From assembly GCA_034530875.2 (NCBI GenBank), contig JAVRCJ020000026.1:42672-106671 (forward strand): DNA of 64,000 bases. The letters run 5' to 3'. This document shows, piece by piece, positions 50,496-61,867 of this stretch. The translations under genes and the position numbers were made by a program. This DNA is from Nostoc sp. DedSLP01. GTDB lineage: Bacteria > Cyanobacteriota > Cyanobacteriia > Cyanobacteriales > Nostocaceae. Numbering within the stretch: position 1 is the first letter of the stretch; every line of letters starts with the position of its first letter. The notes under the pieces are model-generated. The model had not been told where the DNA came from and did no database searches. It saw only the letters and a list, made by a program, of their open reading frames with translations.

Positions 50496-51197
50496 GTGCT
50501 TAACAACTTCCATCGGTTATTATCCCCCGTTCAGTGGGGAATTTCTCTTACGGGCTTAGGCTTACTTCTCGCTTTGGGCTTTATAGGCAAGCAGAATGAA
50601 GTTGTCTCATATACAAATGCTTCATTTTCATCGCCTCAGATTCACAAAACCTCCGAAACATCTCTTTTGGCAAGGCTCAGACAAATTCGAGACCAGAGAA
50701 CTCAACTGCAAACAGCTTCCGCTGATAAAGAAATTTTTGGGTATAAGAGCCAAAAAGCAGGAGCTACAACCATAGCACTGGCTCCAGATTCTCAGGCAGC
50801 TGGAAAAGGCGTAGGAGTTTTACCAAGAGCGAATTTTCCCACAAAAGATGGGATTTATCTTTACGGCCAATCAACAAAAGCAAACCAACTCGGTCAAGCT
50901 TACATCATCTTTCAGAAGCAACGTGATAAGGTGACTGGTGCTTTGTTTATGCCGCAATCAGAATTTAATTGTTTTCAGGGTACGCTCGATCGCTCGGGAG
51001 AGTTGGCGATGACGGTTAGTGCTTCATCTACTGAAAGTAGTTCTGATGAGTACGATCGGGTGGCTACAAGCAATAGATTGCCTAAGGTAGATGAAGATGA
51101 GCTAGAAACTTATGCTTACTCCGTAGCTTTGCAAGACTTTCATCGGTTAAATTCTATCAGTGCTGGCGATCGCCGCATCTTACAAATGTGTAAGTAA
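50496..51197 (+). CDS. Hypothetical membrane-anchored protein
   Basis: 233-aa ORF with an N-terminal TM segment; DGIYLYGQS...QLG..Y and SEF.CF.G motifs. Confidence 0.7.
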   Translation: MLNNFHRLLSPVQWGISLTGLGLLLALGFIGKQNEVVSYTNASFSSPQIHKTSETSLLARLRQIRDQRTQLQTASADKEIFGYKSQKAGATTIALAPDSQAAGKGVGVLPRANFPTKDGIYLYGQSTKANQLGQAYIIFQKQRDKVTGALFMPQSEFNCFQGTLDRSGELAMTVSASSTESSSDEYDRVATSNRLPKVDEDELETYAYSVALQDFHRLNSISAGDRRILQMCK

Positions 51198-51367
51198 TCT
51201 TTAAGAACTTTCTCCACAAAATTAGTCAAATAAAAACAAATTCAATCTTGACGATAAATTCCACGCAGCTCGGTTTACTCAAAATCGAGCTGAACTAGAC
51301 AGTGGAATTGAAGAAGCGATAATTACATAAGTTTAGTCGCTAAATATATCAGCCTATCCAATAAAGT

Positions 51368-52435
51368 TTAAAAACCCAAATATTTTTGCGATATCCTTAC
51401 ACCTATAAGTTTTCTTGTAATATATATTATTGTATAGCAGATAAAAATTGTACTGAAAGTAGCAATAAATATACAGAGTAAATTGAAATTATAAATAATT
51501 TCAATTTTATTTATTAAAGATTCTATAACTTCAAGAACTAAGATGTGTATTAAATAAATACCAAAAGAAAATTCGCCAAGAATAACCAAAATCTTAGGCC
51601 AAAATTTGATTCTTTTTCGCAAGCTTATAAATAATAATATCAAACAGAAAGAGTATAATATCGATGAGATTTTAAGTTGAGAGCCTGCTAAATCATCTGC
51701 TTTAAAAACTTTATACAGATACAAGCTTTCTATAATAGAAAAAAATAAGGAAGCTATATATAAAAAAATAACAGTTCCGATTCTTGTCTCGCCAAAATAA
51801 ATTATTTTTTTGTAATTTTTTGCTAGCATTCCAAAGTAATAAAATGTCATCCATGTAGAAAAAGAAATTGCATTCCAAGGAAAATTTATCTCGTGTTTAA
51901 AATAAAGTTCCGAAAAATACAAAACTACTACTGTTAGGGGAGTTAGAGAAAGCCATAGGATACTTTTTGCTATACTTTTTATAGATGAAATCAGGAAGGG
52001 AGTTAGTACAATTAATTGTGTTAGGACAATTATAAAATAGTAAGGACCCTCAACCCTACCTGTGGTTATATTGATAAATATCTTAAATAAATTCCAATTG
52101 TAAGCAGATTTTAAAAACAAAATAATGAAAAAACACCAAAATAGATAAGGTATTAAAAGCCTAGTTAGGCGCTTTTTGTAAAAAATTAAATAATCTGAGA
52201 CTTGTGAAAAATAATTTGTCGGTGCAAAATAACCTGAAATAAATATAAAAATCGCAACTGCATAATTAATAAATTCCCTAAATATTAATGTAAGTTCGTA
52301 ATTTAATGAAAACAAATCATCATGAATAAATAATTTACCTCTATTAGATGCATGAATTGCCACTACTGCTATGATTGCAATTCCACGAAGTGCTTGAAAA
52401 GATAAATCTTTATTGTTACTCATGAATTTATTCAA
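51368..52435 (-). CDS. Acyltransferase 3 family membrane protein
   Basis: LRGIAIIAVVAIH, FIFISGY, KRLTRLLIPYLFW and SFGIYLIH. Confidence 0.92.
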   Translation of the reverse strand: MNKFMSNNKDLSFQALRGIAIIAVVAIHASNRGKLFIHDDLFSLNYELTLIFREFINYAVAIFIFISGYFAPTNYFSQVSDYLIFYKKRLTRLLIPYLFWCFFIILFLKSAYNWNLFKIFINITTGRVEGPYYFIIVLTQLIVLTPFLISSIKSIAKSILWLSLTPLTVVVLYFSELYFKHEINFPWNAISFSTWMTFYYFGMLAKNYKKIIYFGETRIGTVIFLYIASLFFSIIESLYLYKVFKADDLAGSQLKISSILYSFCLILLFISLRKRIKFWPKILVILGEFSFGIYLIHILVLEVIESLINKIEIIYNFNLLCIFIATFSTIFICYTIIYITRKLIGVRISQKYLGF

Positions 52436-52672
52436 TTCTTGTGGTTATATTAAGCAGAATATAAATAGAACTCGCACATAAATTAATTTACTCAAAACAA
52501 TTTTTTGCCGAGCAAATTATAATAGATGCTTAAACACACTAAAATATTTGCTTGGCAGGCAAATTTGAGACTTGTATTGTGTAAATTTAGTCTCAGATTA
52601 CCATATTCGTACTTTATTTAATAGCCTTCTGCCCTTGCTGTATGGTAATTGAATATCACCTTTGTTAATCAT

Positions 52673-53350
52673 TTAATACTCAATACCTGGTTGTGCTTTC
52701 ACGCCTCCATCGCGGAAGGGATGCTTAACTAGGGTCATCTCTGTTACTAAATCAGCACGCTCAATTAAAGCAGGTGGTGCGCCTCGACCTGTAAGAATAA
52801 CGTGTTTGTTAGCTGGTTTTTGTGCTAAACCTGCTAAAACTTCTTCTACGTCTAAATAAGCCATTTTCAGAGCGATATTGATTTCATCTAATAGCACGAG
52901 ATGAAAGTCTGGATTGCGGATGTATTCTAATGATTTTTGCCATGCGGCGCTAGCTTTATCGAGGTCGCGATCGCGGTCTTGAGTTTCCCAGGTGAAGCCT
53001 TCGCCCATTGCATGAAATTCTATCTGGTTTTCCCAATGGCTGAAAACCCTTTTTTCCGCGGGTTCCCAGCTACCCTTGATAAATTGCACGATCGCTACTT
53101 TATACCCGTGACCAAGCGATCGTAACACCATCCCTAAAGCCGCAGTAGTTTTACCTTTACCGTTACCGGTATTTACAATAATTAACCCTTTTTCCGGTAC
53201 AGCTTGTGCTATGCGCTTGTCTTGTACTTCTTTGCGCCGCTGCATCTTTTTGCGATACTGTTCGTCAGTCAGAGATGATGACATGACTTCATCAATCAAG
53301 CGCTCAATCTCCCGATCTGGATTTAATTCTTCTGGTGTGTCGTTTTTCAT
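52673..53350 (-). CDS. cobO: Cob(I)yrinic acid a,c-diamide adenosyltransferase
   Basis: TGNGKGKTTAA, QFIKG, GEGFTW, LDEIN, TGR and AQPGIEY. Confidence 0.96.
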   Translation of the reverse strand: MKNDTPEELNPDREIERLIDEVMSSSLTDEQYRKKMQRRKEVQDKRIAQAVPEKGLIIVNTGNGKGKTTAALGMVLRSLGHGYKVAIVQFIKGSWEPAEKRVFSHWENQIEFHAMGEGFTWETQDRDRDLDKASAAWQKSLEYIRNPDFHLVLLDEINIALKMAYLDVEEVLAGLAQKPANKHVILTGRGAPPALIERADLVTEMTLVKHPFRDGGVKAQPGIEY

Positions 53351-53694
53351 TAACCTTGTCTACAAATAAATAAGTGTTAAAAGTGTTGAGAATCAACCAA
53401 AATTATATTGATTATCTGATTTGGCTTAAATCAGACGATTCAGTATCTAAAGTCAAATTATGCACAAAAATATTGATCCTGTGTTAGATGTTTTTACATA
53501 TTTAGGAAATAGATATGTAAAACTATATGATATACAAATTAAATTTGTAATTTGATTTAAATATTACTATTTTTAATAATTTAATTAAGCTAATTAAATT
53601 ACTTTACTGCAACAATTTTCTATTTTCGTCTAACAGACTATTTGCGTAGGATAAAAATTACCGCTTATCGTTCTCAGCAATTATTTGTATTGAT

Positions 53695-54231
53695 ATGAAT
53701 AGTAACACTCGTTTACAGATGATTTTAACTGATACACCTATTGGTACAGTATTACCTGCGATCGCTCAACTAAATTTACCTAATTGGTGGCTAGCCGGGG
53801 GTGCAGTCAGAAACACAGTTTGGCGTTCAATTTTTGGCGATAATTGCGGATTAGGTATTAAAGATTTTGATATTGCATTTTTTGATATAGAAGGAAATCG
53901 TTCCCAGGAACTAGCAGCAAAGACAAATCTCACAAAAAAATTTCCTCACGACCAATTTGATGTTAAAAATCAAGCCAGTTTTGCTCGTTGGCGTCTTGGT
54001 GCAAGACCTTACACTAGTACAGAAGATGGGATTACAGATTGGTTGCATACTGCTACTGCTGTGGGAGTCCGGTTAGATACACAAGGCCAATGGCAATTTT
54101 TCACTCCCTACGGCTTGGATGACTTGTTTGATGGTATTATCCGACCGACACCAGCACACACTCATAATATTGATGCTCGCAATAAGGCGTCTGAATTTTT
54201 GTCAAAGTGTCCTTATCTGCGGTTAGCGTAA
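53695..54231 (+). CDS. Nucleotidyltransferase family protein (DUF925-like)
   Basis: AGGAVRNTVW, DFDIAFFD, VKNQA and PYGLDDLF. Confidence 0.85.
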   Translation: MNSNTRLQMILTDTPIGTVLPAIAQLNLPNWWLAGGAVRNTVWRSIFGDNCGLGIKDFDIAFFDIEGNRSQELAAKTNLTKKFPHDQFDVKNQASFARWRLGARPYTSTEDGITDWLHTATAVGVRLDTQGQWQFFTPYGLDDLFDGIIRPTPAHTHNIDARNKASEFLSKCPYLRLA

Positions 54232-54375
54232 ATAGCCTCGAGTACACTCTAGCGAATAAGACAAGGGGTTTAAGCACCTTGTCTTAATTTTTGTGTACGG
54301 AATTGCAGTGTTAATAATTTTCTACGTAATTGGGAATAATTAAAATATAACCCCTTGCGGGACAGAACAGGGGTA

Positions 54376-57300
54376 ATGCAAATTTTATCACTTTATAATC
54401 AAAAATCAATGCCAAATCGCACTGGATATCAAATCAACTCGACTCTCCATGAAGGAATTCAAACGATTATTTATCAAACGCAAAGGCCAAACACGCAACA
54501 GCAAGTTATTATCAAGCTGCTTAAAAATGAATATCCTACCCTCGAAGCCTTTACTCGGCTGAAAAATGAGTATCAAATTCAGCAATATTTAGACCATCCG
54601 CATATAGTTAAAGCCATCAGTTTAGAAACCTTTGACAATCGTTTAGGACTGCTATTAGAAGATTTTGGCGGTCAGTCTTTAGCCCAAATTTTACAAACAG
54701 AAAAGCTTGATTTAATTAACTATTTAAAAATTGTTATCCAACTAACTAAAGCTTTAGATTATTTGCATAAAAACCAAATCATTCATAAAGATATCAAACC
54801 TAGTAACATCATTATTAACTGCGAGACGGGTATTGTTAAACTCACGGATTTTGGTATAGCTTCCCGCCTAAATAAGGAAAATCCCCAATTTACTAACCCT
54901 AATTCTGTTGAAGGTACACTTGCTTATATGTCTCCCGAACAAACTGGGAGAATGAATCGAATTATCGATTATCGCAGTGACTTTTATTCTCTTGGTGTGA
55001 CTTTATATGAAATGCTCACCAAGCAAACACCATTTTTTAGCGAAGATCCCCTAGAAATAGTTTATAGCCACATTGCTGTCGAACCAAAAAAACCACAGTC
55101 ATTAAATCCTAAGATTCCTAACGCTGTCTCTGAAATTATCATGAAGCTGATGGCAAAAAATGCTGAAGATAGATATCAAAGCGCCATAGGATTATTAGCA
55201 GACTTAGAATTATGCCTCAACCAGTTAGAAACTCAGAATACAATTACTAATTTTGTTCCAGGCCGTTTAGATATTTTAAGCCAGCTAATAATTCCTCAAA
55301 AATTATATGGTCGCGAACAACAAGTTAATGAACTGTTAGCAGCATTTGAGCGCGTTACATCCGGAAATAGTGAAATGATGCTAGTTTCTGGTTATTCTGG
55401 TATTGGTAAATCAGTTTTAGTCAACGAAGTTAATAAACCGATTACTCGCAGACAAGGTTATTTTATTTCTGGTAAATTTGACCAATTAAAACGAAATATA
55501 CCTTATGCTTCTTTAATTCAAGCTTTTGCTTATTTAATGCGTTATTTACTCACAGAGAATAACGAAAAGATAGAAATATGGCGTCATAAAATATTATCAG
55601 CTTTAGGAACCAATGGAAAAGTCATTACTGATGTCATTCCAGAAGTGGAATTAATTATCGGTACGCAGCCAGAAGTCGCTCAAATTGGGGCAACAGAATC
55701 ACAAAACCGCTTCAATCGCGTTTTTAAAGAATTTATCCAAGTTTTTACTCAAAAAGAACACCCATTAGTCATATTTTTAGACGATTTGCAATGGGCAGAT
55801 TCAGCCACATTAAATTTAATCCAACTGTTGATAACTGACAGCGACAGTAAACACTTATTATTTATTGGGGCATATAGAGATAATGAAGTTAGTCCAGCAC
55901 ATCCATTAATTCAAAAAATAGAAGAAATTAAGAATACAGGCACAATTGTTAATAATCTGGTGTTGCAATCTTTAAATTTAGAAAATGTAACTCAGTTAGT
56001 TACTGAAACTCTCCAACAAACTGAAACTGGAGTTTTGAACCAGCCTATTATCCAATTAGCAGAATTAATTTGTAATAAAACAGGCGGGAATCCCTTCTTC
56101 ATCACACAATTAATTCAGGCACTTTATCAAGAAAAACTTTTAATATTTAACTTTATTAATACTCAATGGGAGTGGAATTTAGAAGAAATTCAAGCAATTG
56201 GAATTATTGACAAAAATGTAGTAGAACTGGTTGCTAGTCGGGTTGAAAAGCTACCAAAAGCTACTCAAGATGTTTTAAAGCTAGCAGCTTGTGTAGGTGA
56301 CAGATTTAGTTTAGATATTTTATCGATAGTCAATGAAAAGTCAGCTTCTGCGACAGCCAACGATTTACATTCTGCTTTGCAAGCAGGATTAATTTTACCT
56401 TTAAGTGAAGCTTACCGCGTTCCTTTAGTTTTTAATCAAGAAGAGGCGGTGAATTTAAATTTTGATACTTCACGAGTTGGCTATAAGTTCTTGCATGACA
56501 GAGTACAACAAGCAGCATATTCTTTGATTCCAGAAGAACTGAAGAAATCGACTCATTTAAAAATCGGTCACTTACTGCTGCAAAATATACCCCAGGAAGA
56601 AATAGAAGCAAATATTTTTGATATCGTCAATCAGCTGAATGTAGGTATTGTTAATCTCAAAGAGCAATCTGAAAAAACGGAATTAGCACGATTAAATTTA
56701 ATTGCTGGGCAAAAAGCTAAAGCTTCTACAGCTTATGAAGCTGCTCTGAAATACTTAACAACTGGCATAGAACTTTTAAGTATAGACTCTTGGCAAACTG
56801 AATATAACTTAACTGTAGGTTTATATGAAGGAGCTGCAGAGTTAGCGTATTTAAGCGGTGATTTTGAGCAGATGCAGCAATGGGCTGAGGTAGTAGAGCA
56901 AGAAGCTAAAATTCTTTTAGATAAAGTCAAAGTTTATGAAATAAAAATTATCGCTTTTATCATTCAAAGCAAGCAAATCGAAGCGATTAAGATAGCAGTA
57001 TCGACTCTCAAATTGTTAGGAATTAGCTTTCCTGATGAACCGACATCAGTTGATATTCAGCGAGGGATGGATGAAATTGCTGCTTCGTTGCAAGAAAAAG
57101 TCATTGCGGATTTGATTAATTTACCATTAATGACCGATCCGAATAAGATTGCAGCTATGAGAATTTTAATGGGAGTTCTTCCCGCAGCTTTTCAAACTGC
57201 TCCGGCAATGATGCCAATTATCGTGTGTGAAATGGTGAATTTGTCCTTAAAATATGGCAATACGGCTGTATCTGCTTATGGTTATAGTCTTTATGGATTA

Positions 57301-59817
57301 CTTCTTTGTGGAGTTCAAGGAGAAATAGATTCTGGCTATGAATTTGGTAAATTAGCTTCGAGTTTAGTCTCTGAATTTAATGCTCAAGAACTTAAAGCTA
57401 AAATTCTGACGGTTGTTAGCGCTCATGTTATGCATTGGAAGGAGCATGTTAAGCATACATTAAAATCAGCAATGGCAGGATATTCTAGTGGTTTGGAAAC
57501 TGGAGATTTAGAATATGCTGGCTATTGTGGTTACATTTATCCCTATCATTCATTTTGGTTAGGTAAAGAACTTGCGATTTTAAAAAAGGAACTAGTAGCT
57601 TATTGTGATTCCCTGAAAAAAATCAAGCAACAAGTAGCTTTTACTTGGAATTCAATATATTTACAAACAGCTATCAATTTGCAAGGAAGTTGGGAAAATG
57701 CGAACTGTTTAATTGGTGAAGCTTACAACGAACAAAGTATGCTACCGATTCATCAGCAACTCAATGACCTTTATACAATTAATCATCTATTTGTAAATAA
57801 GCTGATGCTCTCTTACTTATTTGGAGAGTATTTTAAAGCTATCGAAAATGCTGCGATCGCAGAAAATTCTTTGGGTGGTGTTACAGGGTTATTTGTCGTT
57901 CCAATTTTCTATTTTTACGATTCTTTAGCCCAGTTGGCTATCTATCATACTGCTAAAGAGTCCGAGCAGCAAGCTATTTGCAAAAAAGTTGAAGCTAACC
58001 AGCAAAAAATGGAACTTTGGGCTACTTACGCTCCCACAAATCATTTACACAGATTTTATCTTGTGGAAGCACAACGATATCAAGTTTTGGGTAAAAAACT
58101 GGAGGCAATGGACTATTATGAAAAATCGATTGTTAAATCTCAAGAAAATAATTTTCTCCAGGAAGAAGCTTTAGCTTATGAGTTAGCAGGAAAGTTTTAT
58201 CAATCTCTAGGTAAAGAATTAATTTCTCAAACTTATATAACTAAAGCCTATTATACCTATATTCGTTGGGGTGCGATCGCTAAAGTTAAACACTTAGAAT
58301 CACAGTACCCTTTTCTCATAGGACAAACTACTAATATAGAAACTTCCATTTCCAAACTAGATAAAATCCAGCTTACTACTACCACAACGACTAATAGCAG
58401 CTTAAGCGATTTTTTAGACTTTAATGCATTCATTAAGTTTTCGCAAGCGATTACTAATGAAATTGTTTTAGAAAATTTGTTGACCAAGTTAATCAAAATC
58501 TTACTAGAAAACGCTGCCGCGCACAAAGTATTACTACTCTTACTGAAAGAGAATCAACTATATATCGAAGCTTCGGGGAATACTACTGAAAACCTAGTAA
58601 CAGTTTTACACTCTATTCCTGTTGAAACCTATCAGGATTTACCGCTTACTGTAATTAACTACGTTTGGCGAACTCAGCAATATCTAGTTTTAAATGATGC
58701 CGTAATTGCAGAACCCTTCAATCTTGATATCTATATTCAAGAATCTCAAACAAAGTCAATCTTTTGTTTACCGATTATTTATCAATCAAAACTTACTGGT
58801 ATTATTTATTTAGAAAATAAGTTATCATCAGGAGCCTTTATTCCAGAAAGGGTAGAGGTCTTAAAAGTTTTAGTTTCTCAAATGGCTATTGCCATAGAAA
58901 ATGCGCGTTTGTATGCAAGAGAACAAGATAAGTCTAAGCAATTACAGCAGTCATTTCAAGATTTACAACAGGCACAACTACAACTTATCCAAAGCGAAAA
59001 AATGTCATCGCTGGGAAATTTAGTTGCAGGTGTAGCACACGAAATCAACAACCCTATTGCTTTTATTACAGGTAGTATAGCCCAAGCTAAAGATACTGTT
59101 AAAGATTTAATTGATTATTTGCAACTTTACCGAACAAAATTCCCTAATCCTGGTAATGAGATTGAAGAAAAAGGCGAAGAAATAGATATAGATTTTATAA
59201 TAACTGATTTACCGAAAATGATTGACGGAATGACCGTAGGTACACAGCGTATTCGTAACATTAGTACTTCTCTGCGTACTTTTTCTCGGGCTGATACAAC
59301 TTCTAAAGTATTAGCTAATATCCATGAAGGAATTGATAGTACCTTAATGATTTTACAGCATCGCTTAAAAGCAGATTCTAACCGTCCAGCTATCCAAGTC
59401 ATCAAGAATTATGGAGAGATTCCATTAGTAAAATGCTATTTGGGACAGTTGAATCAGGTGTTTATGAATATTCTGGCAAATGCGATCGATGCTTTAGAAG
59501 AAGCAAATATCGGTCGTAATTTTATGGAGATTCAAGAAAATTATTCCAACATTATCACTATTTTCACTCACATAAGTGAAGATAATAAGAATGCAATAAT
59601 TAAATTTCGAGATAATGCTAAAGGAATATCTCCAGAAGTTCAAGCCTGCATATTTGAAAATCTATTTACTACAAAAGGTGTGGGTAAAGGTACTGGGTTA
59701 GGATTATCTATTAGCCGTCAAATTATAGTTGAAAACCATGCAGGAAGTTTAATTTGCGAATCAGCTATAGGAGAAGGAACAGAATTTATAATTTCTATTC
59801 CAATTTCTGGAGAATAA
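54376..59817 (+). CDS. Ser/Thr kinase - AAA ATPase - GAF - histidine kinase fusion
   Basis: HKDIKPSN, DFG, YMSPEQ, GYSGIGKS, LDDLQW, a GAF region, AHEINNP and FTTKGVGKGTGLGL. Start uncertain (54355, 54376 or 54409). Confidence 0.95.
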   Translation: MQILSLYNQKSMPNRTGYQINSTLHEGIQTIIYQTQRPNTQQQVIIKLLKNEYPTLEAFTRLKNEYQIQQYLDHPHIVKAISLETFDNRLGLLLEDFGGQSLAQILQTEKLDLINYLKIVIQLTKALDYLHKNQIIHKDIKPSNIIINCETGIVKLTDFGIASRLNKENPQFTNPNSVEGTLAYMSPEQTGRMNRIIDYRSDFYSLGVTLYEMLTKQTPFFSEDPLEIVYSHIAVEPKKPQSLNPKIPNAVSEIIMKLMAKNAEDRYQSAIGLLADLELCLNQLETQNTITNFVPGRLDILSQLIIPQKLYGREQQVNELLAAFERVTSGNSEMMLVSGYSGIGKSVLVNEVNKPITRRQGYFISGKFDQLKRNIPYASLIQAFAYLMRYLLTENNEKIEIWRHKILSALGTNGKVITDVIPEVELIIGTQPEVAQIGATESQNRFNRVFKEFIQVFTQKEHPLVIFLDDLQWADSATLNLIQLLITDSDSKHLLFIGAYRDNEVSPAHPLIQKIEEIKNTGTIVNNLVLQSLNLENVTQLVTETLQQTETGVLNQPIIQLAELICNKTGGNPFFITQLIQALYQEKLLIFNFINTQWEWNLEEIQAIGIIDKNVVELVASRVEKLPKATQDVLKLAACVGDRFSLDILSIVNEKSASATANDLHSALQAGLILPLSEAYRVPLVFNQEEAVNLNFDTSRVGYKFLHDRVQQAAYSLIPEELKKSTHLKIGHLLLQNIPQEEIEANIFDIVNQLNVGIVNLKEQSEKTELARLNLIAGQKAKASTAYEAALKYLTTGIELLSIDSWQTEYNLTVGLYEGAAELAYLSGDFEQMQQWAEVVEQEAKILLDKVKVYEIKIIAFIIQSKQIEAIKIAVSTLKLLGISFPDEPTSVDIQRGMDEIAASLQEKVIADLINLPLMTDPNKIAAMRILMGVLPAAFQTAPAMMPIIVCEMVNLSLKYGNTAVSAYGYSLYGLLLCGVQGEIDSGYEFGKLASSLVSEFNAQELKAKILTVVSAHVMHWKEHVKHTLKSAMAGYSSGLETGDLEYAGYCGYIYPYHSFWLGKELAILKKELVAYCDSLKKIKQQVAFTWNSIYLQTAINLQGSWENANCLIGEAYNEQSMLPIHQQLNDLYTINHLFVNKLMLSYLFGEYFKAIENAAIAENSLGGVTGLFVVPIFYFYDSLAQLAIYHTAKESEQQAICKKVEANQQKMELWATYAPTNHLHRFYLVEAQRYQVLGKKLEAMDYYEKSIVKSQENNFLQEEALAYELAGKFYQSLGKELISQTYITKAYYTYIRWGAIAKVKHLESQYPFLIGQTTNIETSISKLDKIQLTTTTTTNSSLSDFLDFNAFIKFSQAITNEIVLENLLTKLIKILLENAAAHKVLLLLLKENQLYIEASGNTTENLVTVLHSIPVETYQDLPLTVINYVWRTQQYLVLNDAVIAEPFNLDIYIQESQTKSIFCLPIIYQSKLTGIIYLENKLSSGAFIPERVEVLKVLVSQMAIAIENARLYAREQDKSKQLQQSFQDLQQAQLQLIQSEKMSSLGNLVAGVAHEINNPIAFITGSIAQAKDTVKDLIDYLQLYRTKFPNPGNEIEEKGEEIDIDFIITDLPKMIDGMTVGTQRIRNISTSLRTFSRADTTSKVLANIHEGIDSTLMILQHRLKADSNRPAIQVIKNYGEIPLVKCYLGQLNQVFMNILANAIDALEEANIGRNFMEIQENYSNIITIFTHISEDNKNAIIKFRDNAKGISPEVQACIFENLFTTKGVGKGTGLGLSISRQIIVENHAGSLICESAIGEGTEFIISIPISGE

Positions 59818-59837
59818 GAAACTTCTGTTGAAGCAGA

Positions 59838-59886
59838 ATAACTCCAGATACCTGGCTTATCTGATGAGTCGGGTATCTGGAGTTAT
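59838..59886. terminator. Long hairpin after the kinase gene
   Basis: ATAACTCCAGATACC...GGTATCTGGAGTTAT. Confidence 0.6.
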
Positions 59887-60249
59887 CATGAATGGGTTAA
59901 GATGGCTATAGTAATTATATTTAAGTTATTAAACTTAGGAAAAAAAGTTTATTTAACTATTAATAAAGCATTGTCAATAAAACTATGTAAGTGCTGATTT
60001 GATTACTTAATCAAATCAACATAAATTTGACTGTTTTTAACACTAACAAATTTATTTTTTACTTGCTATAACTATTTGTATAAATCAAATCTTGTACTAA
60101 CTTTATCATTTACTAGCTGATATCAAAGTAAGCTTTAGCTAAATGTGCAATAATTTTAGCAAGTTTTTCTGAGCTTAATTTATCAGGCGAAACTTTAGCG
60201 TGCGTCAAGTACAAGATGCGAAATTTGTGAAAATTAAGGGAGTCATCTT

Positions 60250-60942
60250 GTGGAAAAAAGAAGAGAAAATGGACGAATAGTTTCTAAGACTATCTCATTT
60301 TTGTTAAATCGTATCAGTTTAATTGTGCTTGCAGTTACTCTTGTGCTGTTTATTGGAGGTGGGTTTCAAATAGCAAGTGCAGCTGAACCTTACGCAGAAT
60401 TAGAAATTCAAAAATTAACAAACTGTTATGCGCTGGGAACTGACGCTATTGGTAGAGGAAATATCTTAGAAGGAAAGAAGATTTATCGGGATTGTTTTAC
60501 TGAAGATGCAGTTGTCACCGCTGTTTTTCCTGATGGGGCAAGTGAAACCCGTATTGGCACAGATGCATGGGCAGATTTTGTTTCTTCAGTATTCCAAGGA
60601 AATGGATATCAAGCTACCCAGCACTTGATGGGTACAATAAACATTTCTGTTAAAAATAATAAAGCAACAATGACTTCTTACCTTCATGCGACTCATAAAC
60701 GTTCGGAAACTAGTATTGATGTCGCTAATGGTACTTATGAAGATGAAGTCGTCAATAAAAATGGGCGTTGGAAAATTCGTAATCGTACCCTCAAACTCAT
60801 CGATTTCTTAAATCTAAGTTCACCGATGGCTGATTCCTCTGCCACTAATACCGCAACCACTAATTCCTCAGCTGCTAATGCCAGAACCACTGGTTCCTCA
60901 CCTAACTTTGTCAAACCAAATATCCCTCGCTTAAAGCACTAA
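60250..60942 (+). CDS. Secreted SnoaL/NTF2-like protein
   Basis: Signal/TM segment, IQKL...YA...D, TQHLM and GTYEDEVV...GRWKIRNR. Confidence 0.85.
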   Translation: MEKRRENGRIVSKTISFLLNRISLIVLAVTLVLFIGGGFQIASAAEPYAELEIQKLTNCYALGTDAIGRGNILEGKKIYRDCFTEDAVVTAVFPDGASETRIGTDAWADFVSSVFQGNGYQATQHLMGTINISVKNNKATMTSYLHATHKRSETSIDVANGTYEDEVVNKNGRWKIRNRTLKLIDFLNLSSPMADSSATNTATTNSSAANARTTGSSPNFVKPNIPRLKH

Positions 60943-61100
60943 TTGTGCAAACTAGATAAGGTAAAAGTAAAAGAAGATGAATTCAGTCTTTCTTTTACTT
61001 TTTATTGTGTTTTATCTGACAAGATTGTGCTCATTGTACGCAGACATAGCGATCGTAATTAAAATGTAAAATCTTAATCTTTGTCAGTCTCAGTAAAAAC

Positions 61101-61135
61101 TTGACAAATAAGCATTTTAATAGTATATTTGTACT
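61101..61135 (+). promoter_or_regulatory. Sigma-70 promoter overlapped by a LexA-box-like palindrome
   Basis: TTGACA-N17-TATATT, with AGTATATTTGTACT at 61122-61135. Confidence 0.55.
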
Positions 61136-61201
61136 ACTAAAATTTTTTCTTGCATAAAACTTTAACACTCCCGATTACCCCAACAGGAGAGTATAAAATA
61201 A

Positions 61202-61630
61202 ATGAGGCTATCTAAGGTAGACTTGAGCAGTTTAGTAGCGATCGCTCACTCTGATGGATATTTGCAGTTATTGCTAGACCGAGGTCACGAACTAGAGTTT
61301 TTGGGAATTCCGGCACCGATACAAGCTTATGAAGGATTGCAAGAACTGAGCGAGGTTATCGCTGAAACTGCTGCACTACCCTTTGAAGAAGAATCAATTG
61401 CTATGTTACCAGTTAGCTCATCAATGGCAGCGGCTGTAGGTTACGATCGCGAAGAACAGATTTTGCAAGTCGAGTTTCAAAATGGTGCTGTTTATCAGTA
61501 CTTAGGCGTAGACGAGGATACTTGGGAAGATTTACATGCTTCTGATTCAATTGGTAACTTTTTCAATCAAGAAATTAAAGGCAGATATGAGTGCGATCGT
61601 ATAGATGACGATGATTATAGTAATTATTAA
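61202..61630 (+). CDS. KTSC domain protein
   Basis: VSSS...AVGYD....LQVEFQNGAVYQY..V...L..SDSIG.FFNQEIK. Confidence 0.9.
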   Translation: MRLSKVDLSSLVAIAHSDGYLQLLLDRGHELEFLGIPAPIQAYEGLQELSEVIAETAALPFEEESIAMLPVSSSMAAAVGYDREEQILQVEFQNGAVYQYLGVDEDTWEDLHASDSIGNFFNQEIKGRYECDRIDDDDYSNY

Positions 61631-61676
61631 CTAAATTTTTGTTGTAACACCATACTCTATTGTGAAATTGGTGTTG

Positions 61677-61707
61677 AAATAGTTGGGGATTGATACCCCA
61701 ACTATTT
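61677..61707. terminator. Hairpin downstream of the KTSC gene
   Basis: AAATAGTTGGGG-attgata-CCCCAACTATTT. Confidence 0.6.
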
Positions 61708-61867
61708 AAATACGATTTAAATTAATAAAATAAGCAGATAACTTGATTTATTGAATATAGAAGTATGGCTTCAACCAGGAAATTTTTGCTATAGAAAATC
61801 AATATATGTCAGCAGTGCTTTGTTCGGGGAGAATAGAAAAAGCTGACATAATATTATTGACGCATTT

